Below, in pieces: positions 37,839-50,051 of a DNA stretch of 64,000 nucleotides (position 1 is its first letter; the number at the start of each line of letters is the position of its first letter). The notes below the pieces were generated by a model. The model saw only the letters and a program-made list of their open reading frames with translations. It was not told the DNA's origin and did not search any database. Made by a program: the position numbers and the translations under genes. Source of the stretch: Entomortierella parvispora E1425 (lineage: Eukaryota; Fungi; Mortierellomycota); assembly GCA_020891255.1 (NCBI GenBank), contig BQFW01000015.1, positions 62,001 through 126,000 of the forward strand, written 5' to 3'.

Positions 37839-39704
37839 ATGTCCAAGCAGCCCAACCAGCTCATGCGCGAGTACAAACTCGTCGTTGTCGGAGGAGGAGG
37901 TAAACTAGCCTTGTCCAACCCACCCCCGATGCCCTGTCCCTCTTGTCCCTCTTTCCTCTGTCACCTGTCCCCATGCTGTGTCTCTTGTTTATCCGCCTCC
38001 CGCTCTGCCCGTCCTCTTCCCGCGTTTCCTCTCGCCTGGTCCATCTTTGTGTACCTGACGGGGCGTCTGTCGTGCAAGCATGGCTGCGTTCGCGCATGGA
38101 ACATCATGATGAGACAAGATCGAATCACAGCCTCTGCTTGCTTTCCATGGGGACCTTTGTGCTTATAAAACTATTCTTCTCTTTGCTGCACAGGCGTCGG
38201 CAAGTCGGCCATGACCATCCAATTTATCCAGTCCCACTTTGTGGACGAGTATGATCCAACGATCGAAGGTAAGGAGGCCCCATCACAGTCCGCGATTTGC
38301 TTCCCTCGACTCTTCCCGCCCTTGTTGGGCCATGGCCTGACCTGGATGTTGCATGCAACCCGTGCCTCTCTCTGTCCACTTTTGGGCACAACATCAACAA
38401 ATCCAAGCAATAGCATCACTTGTGGCTGCACTGCTTCATTGTTTCGTTTTTCTCACGTTGTTCTTTTCATCCTGGTGTCCTGTTGCTTCCAGATTCTTAT
38501 CGCAAGCAGTGCACGATTGATGACGAGGTTGCTCTCTTGGATGTACTCGATACCGCTGGTCAGGAGGAGTACAGGTAAGCAGCTCTTCTGTATCCCCACG
38601 CAAAAAAAAGAAAAAAAAAAGATCGAAGCGAGTTCAGACCATGCCTGATACGGAAAGCCTGGCGACAGAGAGAAAGAAAAAAAAAAAGGGCCAAACAGCA
38701 CAGACGGCGGACCTTCACCTCGCGTGTCGGCCAATGCTCATTCTCATCTTGAGTTCATATCCCGATCTTGCCCTGGAATTATGTTTGACACCACACTTCC
38801 CAAACCCACTCTTCTGTTGTCCTGCACACCATGCACTATCTGGAAGAGTCCATCAACACTCCTTCCGCCGGGCGCCGGTGTGCTTAGTGCTCTCTTTGTC
38901 TTGCCTGTTGCCTTTTCATACTTTCCTCTCTGAGAAGCGGGCTCTCCGCCATTGGTGTCTCCCTTGTGCTGTTGTTGTTGTTGTTGCTGTTGTTGATCTT
39001 TGCAACCAAAGATCCAATGGAAAAGAAAGCTGATGTTGATACCCGACCCTTTCTTGCTCACCGATCTCCTCTTCTTTGATCTCTAGTGCGATGCGTGAAC
39101 AATACATGCGCACTGGCGAAGGTTTCTTGCTCGTCTACTCGATTACATCTCGCAACTCGTTTGAGGAAATCTCGACCTTTTACCAACAGATTCTTCGTGT
39201 CAAGGACAAGGACTTCTTCCCCATCATCCTTGTTGCCAACAAGTGCGATCTTGAGCATGAGCGCCAGGTGTCTACCCATGGTAAATCCCTCGTTTCTAGT
39301 GGGCTTGTTCGTTATTTAGCTTGAATGGTCTTACAGGTTTTCACCTGACCCATGTGTCCCCGCTCACCTAATAATCGGCGAGGATTTGAGCCCAGAGGAT
39401 GAACATTGAATGTATGCTCACCTGGCTCTTTTTGATATTTCCGTGGTTTCTTTTTCGCCCACACTATTTAGAGGGACGTGAATTGGCCAAGCAGTTCAGT
39501 TCAAGGTTGATCGAATCGTCGGCCAAACAAAGGATCAACGTGGACGAGTCGTTCTATAACCTTGTGCGTGAGATTCGCCGCTTCAACAAGGAGGCACACA
39601 ACCAGAACCAAGGTGGCGGCCATGGATACTCCCAGCAAGGACAGGGTTATGGCAACCAGATGGAGGACAGAGACGATAAGGGCTGCTGCTGCTTGGTGAT
39701 GTAA
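37839..39704 (+). CDS. RAS: Ras GTPase, 214 aa; exons 37839-37899, 38194-38268, 38493-38574, 39087-39280 and 39472-39704
   Basis: [41 protein letters not shown] and a C-terminal CCCLVM (CAAX box plus upstream Cys). Confidence 0.97.
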
Positions 39705-40726
39705 CACATCGTCAGCAACATACAATGCTCTACGCTCTTTGATTTATATTTATGGGCTGGAGAAGGGTAAAAGTTTGACTGGGGCCATGATGTGCGAGCA
39801 CTGTGTGCCCAACTTCCTTCTATTAAGGAAGGACCGTGCAGATAAACAACGACTGGATTACCAGACAGCCACGACAGCAATGAAAAGAGAAAGTGGGCGA
39901 CGATGGCCAACCACCTGAAAAGCAATGCCAGCTTTTCGATATTCCCAGCTTATTTATATTCGTAAAAAACTTCGATAATTCTATAATATATATTCCAAAC
40001 AGATCGAAAGCCTGCTGCAGAGGTGAAAGAAAGGCACAGATGATGAAAAGATGAAGAGATGAAGAAACAAAAAGAAGAAAGCGAGGGAAGAGAGTCGATT
40101 GTGGGGGCTTGGATGCTTTTGCACCAGCCGTTTTTCAATCAAAGAATTTCCGCCTATTTATAGTGGGTCCGCAAAAATGGATAAAAATAGTCTTTCCAGC
40201 CCATGCGTCGTGCCTGTCTGCTGTCTGCGTTTCGTTTATTAAATTATTTGCGTGATGGGCAATCCATGCACGGATTGGATCCCCTCTTCTTCACATCTCA
40301 TTGAATCCGCCATCGTCTCCTTCCTCTTCTCTCCTCCTCCTCTTCCTCCTGCTGCCACCGCTTTGTCTACGATACCATCGGCAACTCAGAAACGCGTTTT
40401 TGATATCTCTCCAGAAGATCGAGGTACACTCACAGCAACTTCTCAGCACAAGCGCTCATTTCCTGTTTAATTACACCCATCCCATCTTTTACAATCAACA
40501 GGAGCAACAAGATGATGCCTCTTGACTCAATCTGGACTCTGGATCTTCTTGGCACGTTGTAAACTAACTGCAAGCTTTCGATTTTCCACCTCATAGTCCT
40601 CTGAAACCCTTGACCACATTATTCAACTGCTTGTCGTGTAAAGAAGGCCCAGCCGAACAAGACTTCTCCGCGGTAGACTGACAGAGCAAGGAACAGCAAC
40701 AGACCCTACATACAGCAACCACTACA

Positions 40727-42225
40727 ATGTCCACGCCCAACCTCAATTTCGCTTTCGGCAATTTCAACAAGATATGCTCAACCGTGCCCTTGACGCTTTG
40801 TCCGCTGGTCGGCACTACGGATGGCATCGAGCCCATCTGCTACTCTAGAAACGTCAAGCTGGCAGATACGCTTATCTTTGAGCCCTGTAAGTTTTTCTTT
40901 TCTTTATTAACCCCCACTGCCCAGCACCCATCTCACAGAGATTGGGGTAATGGATGGCTGAGAAAATCCCAAGGGGCATGTGCAACCTGACCGGATCGAA
41001 CTGACGACTGACTATGCTTCTCTTTTCCATTGTTTTCAGCCACGTTGATTATCCACATCATTGCATTGGTCATGACTTCTATTATGATCTACCATATTCG
41101 GTCGAAATACACCGCCGTGGGTAAGGAGATGGGAGATGGCAAAAAGACGACCAGTTTTTATTTTTTCCTTCTCCTTTTGATGAACCCCCGTTTCAAGGCA
41201 AGGCGTGCGCATGGATCATGACTAACCCCTGATATCTCTTCCCCTTCTCTTTTGCCTTGCCGGAAAAATTTAGGTCGCAAAGAGATTGTTATGTTCTTTT
41301 ACTTGTACATGCTTGTTACTATCTTCGACCTGTTGCTCATCTCTGGAATCATCCCAACCGCCAGTTCTCTCTATCCAGTACGTTTTGGCAATTTGGTACA
41401 GGGCGAACGAGTCCTCATATCAAGAACACTACTGACGATTTTTTTTTATAGTTTTTCACAGGAGCTCATGTTGGATTGATATCTGCGACTTTCTGGTGCT
41501 TGCTTCTAAATGGATTTGTCGGTTTTCAGTTTGCAGAGGATGGAACTCCTATGTCGCTTTGGGTAAAGAAAACCCCCATCTCCCTTCCTCCTTATTCTTG
41601 AATGAACGGGTGTCAACCAAAAGTTTTAAAACGGATGTCCTAACGCAGCGTTTTTGCTTTTTCTTATCGGGGATCTCTCTAGTCGATTCGCATCTCGTCC
41701 TTCGTCGTATTTGGAGCTGTTGCAGCAGTGTCCATCTTGACGTTCCAGAACGTGTCGCCTTTTAGCAGCACCAGCCCTGTGGCTCTCTGGGTTATCTTTT
41801 TCATCTTCAATGGCGCAGCTTTCCTGATCTACGTGATCTTGCAGGTTGTGCTGGTGGTCAACACGCTGGACGATCGTTGGCCTCTGGGAGATATCACCTT
41901 TGGCGTTGCTTTTTTCGCCACGGGACAGGTCATCTTGTACGTCTTCTCCTTGGACATTTGCATCTTTGCGAAGCATTACATCGACGGCTTGTTCTTTGGT
42001 ACCATTGCGACTTTGTTGAGTGTCATGATGGTCTACAAGTACTGGGACTCGATCACAAAGGAGGATCTCGAGTTCTCGGTCGGATCCAAGCAGAATGTCT
42101 GGGAGGTCAAGGAGCTTTTGGGAGATGACGAGATGGCGGGTGGAGGTCTCTATGGTCGTGGTGCTGGTAACTCGCCCGCTTCTGGACCTTATGGTCAGGC
42201 CAACTACTATGAGGAAAGGTACTAG
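40727..42225 (+). CDS. CHS7: Chitin synthase export chaperone Chs7, 332 aa; exons 40727-40886, 41040-41120, 41274-41377, 41452-41562 and 41683-42225
   Basis: [43 protein letters not shown], and [20 protein letters not shown]. Confidence 0.95.
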
Positions 42226-42523
42226 AGCGTCTAGGACCAGCCTTCCTCCTCGGTCGAACTCTACTTTTTTTTTTTTTCAATTCTTCATATCTTTTTTTTT
42301 GTCCACCATATCAATAAAGTCAATAGCATCAAACAAGTCAAAGGCGCCAGTCAAATAGTAGGGGTTTTTTTTCAGGAGTGGAGACAACCAATGTATTGTA
42401 ATAGGATCGGTCTTACGAATAATCCTCGCCTTCTATGCCTTTTTTTTGTTATGTTGTTGAATGCTAATATTTTCAGTTTTGTTGTATCATACTTGTTTTT
42501 CCTTTAACAGAAATAGAAGAGCT

Positions 42524-45116
42524 TTACTCCTCATGGATGCCAAAGGGCTTGACCAAAGCCTCGACCTTCTCGGTGTCATAGACCTCACCCAAGATCTTGC
42601 GGGCATCCTCGACCTTGCCAAAGTTGTTCCACATCAAGAGACCGACAATACGCTTGTCCTTGAGGTAGAGAACCAAACCCTTGTTGTACTTCTCCTTGTC
42701 TTCTACCTTGACGGCCTCAGCGGGCAAAGGTGTGGCAGTGGCACGCTCGAGCTTGCTCTCCTCAGAGATGGGAGTAGCAGCAGCAGCAGATTCTGAAGCG
42801 GCTTCCTTCTTCTCGGCATCAGCAGCAGCAACAGTGGGCTTCTTGGTCCAGATGGAAACAGTCGAGAGCTTCGAGTCCAAGATACCAACAGCCTCATAGC
42901 CAATGTGGGGTCCGAGATCAGACCAGAACATGGACTGGTGCTTGTAGGCCTTGTGGAGCTTATCGGAAGCCATGTTCTGACCAGCTACGCGACCACCCAA
43001 GATGGCGTTATCGTAATGCTCAACGCGACGACGGCCCAAAGTCACATCGTGGTAAGAAGTCATGTCACCAGCGCAGTAGACGTTGCGGCGGGCCTGCAAT
43101 TCGGCGTTGACGACAACACCTCCACGGACCTCATCCAACTCCAAACCGGCCTTCTTGGCCAAGGCAACGTTGGCCTCGATACCAACGGCGACCACAATGT
43201 GGTCAGCAACCAACTTCTCGCCATTCTCCAAAGTCAACTCGACCTGTCCCTCGCCAGTGGGCTTGGTGGAAGCAACGCGGGACTGGGCCTTCACAACGAC
43301 GCCCTCCTGCTCGACCTGGGAAGTGGTCCACTTGGAGAGGTAACGGGGGAAGACCAAGCCCATGTTTCCATCCTCAGGGAAGACCTGGGTCACAGAGACG
43401 CCCTTGTCCTTGCCTAGAGTTCCGATAATAAAAAAGGGAGCGAGAGCCAACAGAGTCAACAACCCAAAAAATTACGCCATAATTCAATTCCGCCACACAC
43501 AAAAAAAAAAAAAAAAAAAAAAAAAAACACCCTCATACCATAGTGGGAAACGGCAACAGCAAGCTCACTGCCGAGGAATCCACCTCCAACAATGACAATC
43601 TTCTTGTTGGCGGCCTTGACGAGGGAGTGCAACTTCTTGAAGTCCTCAACGGAACGGAAAGTAGTCACCTTGTCGGCACCAGCACCCTGGAGAACAGGGA
43701 GGGTCTTGGGAACACCACCGGTGGCGAGGAGAACCTTGCCATACTTGAGAACCTTTCCACTGTTAAGGGTGATGGACTGCTCCGAGACGTTGAGGTCCTC
43801 CACGGTGACACCAGTCAAGACCCTGACACCGCTCTGAGCAGACTCGATCTTGTCCAAAGCATCCTGATCAATGGTCTCAATGGTCTCCTTGCCCTTGAGA
43901 ACGATGCTATACAACAAAGGCAAAGCGGGATAGTCAGTTCAGTGGTAGTATTGTGAAATCGACGGCAGTCTTTCCTTGGAGGAGAGGGGTCTGATTTCTA
44001 TGAATCGCGATCCAGTAGGTGACATACTTGCGCTCCTTGCCCTGCCAGTCCTTGAATGAAAGCTTCTCAGTCGATTCCTCGTCCTTGTTGAACCACATCT
44101 CCTTTGACAATGGGGGGCGCATGTAAGGTCCAATGTCCTCGTTACCAATGATAAGAATCTATTTGAACGAGTCAAAAGTCAGGCATGTTCAAGTGTTTGT
44201 CAGAAATACTGTGGAAGGATTCAACAGCCACTATTTCCGTTTTCCGTTTGCACAGGACAGCACTTACGGCAGCGGAAGGATCCTTCTCGCGGATGGCCTC
44301 CATGGCGGCGAACGAAGCAGTACCGGCACCTGTGGTAGTATTCGAAAGAACTGTGTGTTAGCAACTGACGGAATTCATCAAAAAAAAAAAAAAAAAAAAA
44401 ATGCTCCTGTAGCGCCAATGGCTCGCAGTAGTGGCCGTACCGATCAAGATGTAGGGGTAAAAGTCCTTCTCGTGCTGAACAGCAGCGACAGCGGGAGCGG
44501 CAGCCTTGGAGACCTCCTCCTTCTCCTCCTCCTCATCAGCCGTCTCCTCCTTCTTGGCGGCCTTGGTGCTGTGAGAGGAGTGGTGATCATCCCCAGCCTT
44601 CTTTCTTGGTGGAGGAGCAGTCAGCTTGTAGATCTATTCTCGCAGGGTAAGAGATATCAGTACAACAGGAACAGGTGTCATGGCAACATGCATGATGCCG
44701 ATTCTTGACCAGCGAGCGCACTTACCAAGGGGCCAAAGAACAGAAGAGAGCCGATCTATCGGATAATTCATTGTCCCAGTTGAGTTGAAACAGGAAGTTT
44801 GGGGTCAGCATAAAAGAATGAAAACGAGACGAGAGGAACGTAGTGATTTGTTGATAAACGCAATCAAAGGCGGGTGCTGTGTGTTTCCTGAGAAGAAAAC
44901 AAAAATGAGGAATAGTCAACATACAACCCAGGCAGCATCCGAGCTTTCATGGTGAGCGGCATGGGGGGCAGCGCCATGAGCGGTCGAGGTTGATGCATAG
45001 GAGCGAGCGGTCTGACGAAGAGAGAGCATGCTCTGGCGAGGGACAGCGGCGACGGCAGCAGAGCGGGGGAGGCGCGAGGTGGCCCTGAAGGCGGCCCTGA
45101 AGGCTTGTGTGTTCAT
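42524..45116 (-). CDS. AIFM1: AIFM1-like mitochondrial FAD/NADH oxidoreductase, 621 aa; exons 45116-44925, 44755-44726, 44633-44441, 44329-44268, 44158-44028, 43906-43539 and 43413-42524
   Basis: Arg/Ala/Ser-rich presequence, a hydrophobic anchor, YILIGAGTASFAA, PYMRPPLSKEMW, GGGFLGSELA, LGRRRVEHYDNA and HQSMFWSDLGP. Confidence 0.9.
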
Positions 45117-45570
45117 GGCGAAAGAGGGAGGGTGAAGGGGAGAAGAGAGGAGAGGATGGGAGGAAGCAAGAGAACGGAAGAGAAAAAAAGGAACAGAAGG
45201 GGATCAGTAATCGAATCTCGATCGAATCTCAGGAGGGGATCAGATTCGCTCGAGGGATCAACGGGCGGAGGGGCGGAGGGGCGCGTGCGATTAGCCGGGG
45301 TGCGACTAGCAATTGTCTGTCTAATTGCACACGGGCACAGTGCAGGCTGCCTGCCTGGCGAGTGAAGAGAAGGCGAGTGGGTGGCTTTGCTTGTATGCAG
45401 CGTATGCATGAATGATGCACATCCTATTTCATCCCCACCGTGCCGTGTGCATGCATTCAGGACGACAGTAGCACCCCCCTCATCAAGCAAGGATTAAGCA
45501 AGTGTCAAGCAACGATCAAGCAACGATCAAGCACGGAACCAGACCGGAATCACAGGACGATACAAAGACA

Positions 45571-47443
45571 ATGTCTCTCTACGGCGACCTCCCGCCGCCA
45601 TCGACAGATCCCGAGGCAGCCTCTGCGACTACGCCTGGTGGAACGGCCTCGACGCCTTCTACTGCCACCACTCCCGTCAAAGCTGCCCTTCCTGGTACTT
45701 GATTTGATATCTCTTCAACGAAATTAACGCCAGGGATACCTTCCAGGGGTTGTCATGATATCACGCATGAATCCCCTTTCAGTGCCTGCACCGACAGGTC
45801 TTGACCAACTTTTGCCCCGCTAACGAACGGACCTGTTCTCCTTTTCAGCTGGATGGTCGGCCTCTGTGACCCGCTTCAAACCTATGCTCAACCGCAAACT
45901 GGCCCCACCAAAACCAAAGCCTGCTCGGCCCAATATTCCGTCTGGATTCGTGATTCAGGCAGAACCTCAGCTTGTCAATTCTGTTCAAGCACCAACGGCC
46001 TCCACGAGTTCATTGCCAGTCCAGACTATTTATTCGGCTGCCCCTACTGTGCCACAGCCTCAAGCAACCCCTACCGTGGATGAAAATAGTTGGTTGAAGG
46101 CGCGTACAGCTCAAGTGCAGCGGCAGGATAATGATCATAGTCATGTAAGTGCAGCTGCAATATTCTCCAAGTCGACATTCTGTGATACATGCTGGACTAA
46201 ACATCTCAATGATCCGTATATCTGATAGGCCAAGAGACAAACGAAACGGGCACCAGCCAAGGGACAATCAGTGGCTAAAGGACAACCAGCTCCAATCTCA
46301 CTGGATGACGATTATGATATTGCTCGACCCAACGAATTCGAAGAGTTCCAAGGACTACTTGTACAGGAGCGACGAGATCAGGCTGAGGAGATGGAGCACC
46401 AACGCAGGAGAGGTAGACCTGGCAATCGGCGATCCTCCGACTCTCGCTCACGCTCAAGATCTATTTCGCGGTCTCGGTTTCGTTCTCGGTCGTACTCTCG
46501 GTCTATTTCTAGGTCACGTTCTCGATCGAGATCCTTGCCCCGCTCTCGATCGAGGTCGCGCTCACGTCGCCATTCTTCTCGGAGCCCACCTTCATCGCCA
46601 AGGCGTTCTAGTCTAAAATCGTCTACGCAAAGAAATCCAAGGAGTCGCAGCAGGAGCCCCCATTCTCAAAAAAGCCGGCGGTCTCGTTCACCCATGGCGC
46701 GGAGAAGGTCCCCTAGTCCGAGGAGCAAGCACCCTCACCGGAGGTCACCCTCACCTGCACGGAGAGAGCACAGTTCACCACGGACAACACAATTCAAATC
46801 TTTTGCACCTCCTCCCTCAGAACTCTCACAACCTGCCCCACCTGCCCCCAGCAGCGCCCCTGTTGTCTGGGCCGACAGTTCTGGAGAGGAAGCCTTTCTC
46901 CGAAGAGCTCAACTTGGAAAGCAAAGACAAATGCAAGCTCCAAGCCAAAATACAGCATTGCCATTTTCAATTGCTCACACAGGATCCAATTCTAGAGCAC
47001 CACAGGGAGCCGCGACCACAGGTATAGGACAATGGATCATGTTTGACTTTCTAATTACAAAAAAAAGGGGTGCCTTGTTGTTGGCTTTTTTTTTTGGCAT
47101 GTAATAACTCACCACAGAAACTCTGTTCATCTCCACAGGTGCTCCGTCCAGTGTTATTTTGCTTACGAACATGGTGGGACCAGGGGAGGTGGACGACACA
47201 TTGCAGGAAGAAACGGCGGCTGAATGTGAAAAATTTGGGCCGGTGGTACGGTGCTTGATCTATGAGGTCAAGAACAGAACTGTCCCTGCAGAAGAGGCCG
47301 TGCGGATCTTTGTCAAGTTTGGTGCAGCAGGGTCTGCAGAGCGGGCGCTGCGAGATTTGGATGGGCGGTTCTTTGGAGGACGACAGGTCCGAGGGCAGTT
47401 TTTCGATGAACGACGGTTTGATCTTTTGCAATTGGCGCCATGA
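45571..47443 (+). CDS. SPF45: Splicing factor 45 (SPF45/RBM17-like) with an RS region and a C-terminal UHM/RRM, 505 aa; exons 45571-45694, 45849-46144, 46229-47021 and 47139-47443
   Basis: MSLYGDLPPP, DDDYDIARPNEFEEF (SF45 motif), SGEEAFLRRAQL, and VILLTNMVGPGEVDDTLQEETAAECEKFG...DLDGRFFGGR. Confidence 0.88.
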
Positions 47444-48272
47444 TTGGCCGATTGCATGCAAATCAACGGGGTTCCCCCACCGAGAAAGGGCCTGGAAGAG
47501 GGGGGCGACGGTAATAAAGCAAGATATCCGCAAATACACACACGCACCACCCTTGGGAATCTTTGGACATTACCAGTGATTTGGCTAGAAAGTAGTGGGA
47601 GTGCAGGTGCAAAAGAATGAGAGCGCAATGGACCGTCCGTTGTTGTTGCACAAAGGGATGGAGACAGGCGGACAGAGCGAAGAAAAGAGGACGAGAGCCG
47701 AGCGACAGAAAGACAGACAGAGAGAAAGAGAGAGAGAGAGCATGGACGGTGTGTGTGTGAGAACAAAGCGAAAGGGAGAGAGAAAGAGAGAACGAAAGAG
47801 AGACCGATGGACAATCATCCATCCGCTCATTCATCTTGTCTTCTTCTTCTTGTTCTCCTTCTTCTTCTCCTTCTTCTTCTTTTGTCTCTTGTCCATCCCT
47901 TCATCCTCACTGACGCCTTCTTGCCATCCGTCCTTTCTCTCTAATCCCGCCCCACCTCGTCGCCATCACCCGTCGCTGCACCTCTCCCGTTCCCCCTTTT
48001 TTCCCTTCCTGCGTTGATACGGCCCTCGTCGCAAGCACCCCTTTCTGTCCTTCTCGTCTTCTTCTCTCTCTCCCTCTCTCTTTCTCGTGCACCTTGCATA
48101 CTCTCCACTCTCTTTTTGTCTCTTTGTTTCTCTTGCACATTTATTCAATCTCTTCACCACTTACATTGCTTAATCACTGGACCATCGCTTCTTCTTCTCT
48201 TCTCCTCTCTCCTTCCCTCTTGTCTTTCCACTTCCTTCTCCTTGGCCTGTCATGCCAAACCCGTCTTCACAA

Positions 48273-50014
48273 ATGACCGTTGCCTCCAACAGTCGCCCTC
48301 CCAAAAACCCAAAGGCGGCAACAGTGGTCGAGCAAGGTAGACACACAACACAGGCACAAACACATACACAACATACACCACATGGCATCGCATTGATAGA
48401 AAAAGAGATACAACACGCGGGACGGAACTCTGGGTTAGGATGACAGGGGGGGCTGGCGGTAGAGACTGGGAGCTGGCGGGCAGACGACGAGGAGAGAGAG
48501 CCAGAGAGCAGAGCGACGCCTCTATGTCCCTCCCCTGCCTGGGAACATGGCATTGTCGGTTCTCACGACGCCTCTCCTCTGCCCTTGCTCTCGTTCTTTC
48601 CCTTGGGCTATTTCTTGGTCCACACACAAGCCTTGTCATTATGGTTACTATTTGGGTGTTTGGGTGTTGTGGCAGAGTCGGACAGAACCTGTGCGGGTCA
48701 AATGTGGGCGTGGGTCGGGGGCACTGACTGGCAGACAGGCCAGGAGACAGGGGGACAGACATGCGTACTGCGTACATGCATCCATACTGTCCAGCAAGCA
48801 GACACAGGCAGACAAGGGCAGCGATGTGGTTCTGTGTCCCTCCGGCCACGGCCCTCGACGGATGGTTGCTCTTGTTACTTTTGTTACTTTTGTCTCCTTT
48901 TCAGGCCCACCATGCCCTGATGACTCCTCTTCCTCCCCCCCTGTCTTGCCTCTCTCGCGCTCTCTCGCTCTCTCTTGTTCGCTTGCATCCATCCTTTCGA
49001 CCTTGTCCCTGTCTCTCCAACAGTAAAGGAGCAAAATGATCTGACACTGTCCTTGTTTATCTCTTCCTGCCCTGCGTTAGATCCTGAACTGTGGCGAGAT
49101 ATCCAGGCCAATGTCCGAAAGATGGATGATCTCTACGATGCCACTTTTTACACTTGGCTCCGGTCCGAGGACAATGTCCTAGTCACCGCCTCCTATCTCC
49201 AAAGACTCGCTGGAGAGTACGACCTGGAGCGAATAGAACACGCTCTCTGCTGGCTCGTTCATGGCTGGCGTCTCGAGTCTATCGCTGTGCTCGTCAAAGA
49301 GGTCACCTTTGACTGGGCCTTGACCAAAGGTTGCCAAGGTAAAGCGCCTTGTTTACTTCCCTGGCCGTTATTCTCTTTGATCCAGTCGAGATTAACCGTT
49401 CTTTTACTCGTTTTATTTCCGTAGGCGAAAAAGATCGTGCGCGACTTGTTCTCGCGTTGACCGACAATTGGTCCATCCAATACGTTGCGCGTCTTGCCTG
49501 CACCCTTCTCACAGGCGCTACTTCTTCGTTGCTGCCGCCACTGGCACTTCAGTTTACAGGTCATACACGTTCTGTCTCTTGCTCTGGATCGCCTCTCAGT
49601 CCAACATCGTCTGCAGGAACAACGCTCACGAGGACATCCCCATCGGACACACGGGCTCGCGCCACAACGCCAACATCGCAACCCACTTCTGGTCATGATC
49701 AGATGGCAGATGCCCGACGGATGGTGCTATCTAGACGACACATCCCACCTGCTCCTGCCATGACTCCAGAGGATGGCGCCTATAGCTTTGGAAGACCCAT
49801 GGCAGCGGCCGCGGGATTAATACCATCACCAGCGTCCGTCCGAGATGCCAGAGCCACCTGTCCGAATCACCACAACGGGTTGCGTGCATCTGCAGCAGGA
49901 CAGGCGACCCAGCCTTCGACCTTGGCGACCACTGCACCTATATACCCTACTTCGCAGCAAACAATCCAGCAAGCACAGCAATGTGTGAATCATACCCAGC
50001 AGCAAGTACGATAC

Positions 50015-50051
<37 letters not shown>

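Noticed and set aside
39472-39540. Atypical Ras residues ([12 protein letters not shown]; SAMT instead of SALT)
   Set aside because: G1-G5 motifs and CAAX remain intact, so this is within normal paralogue variation.
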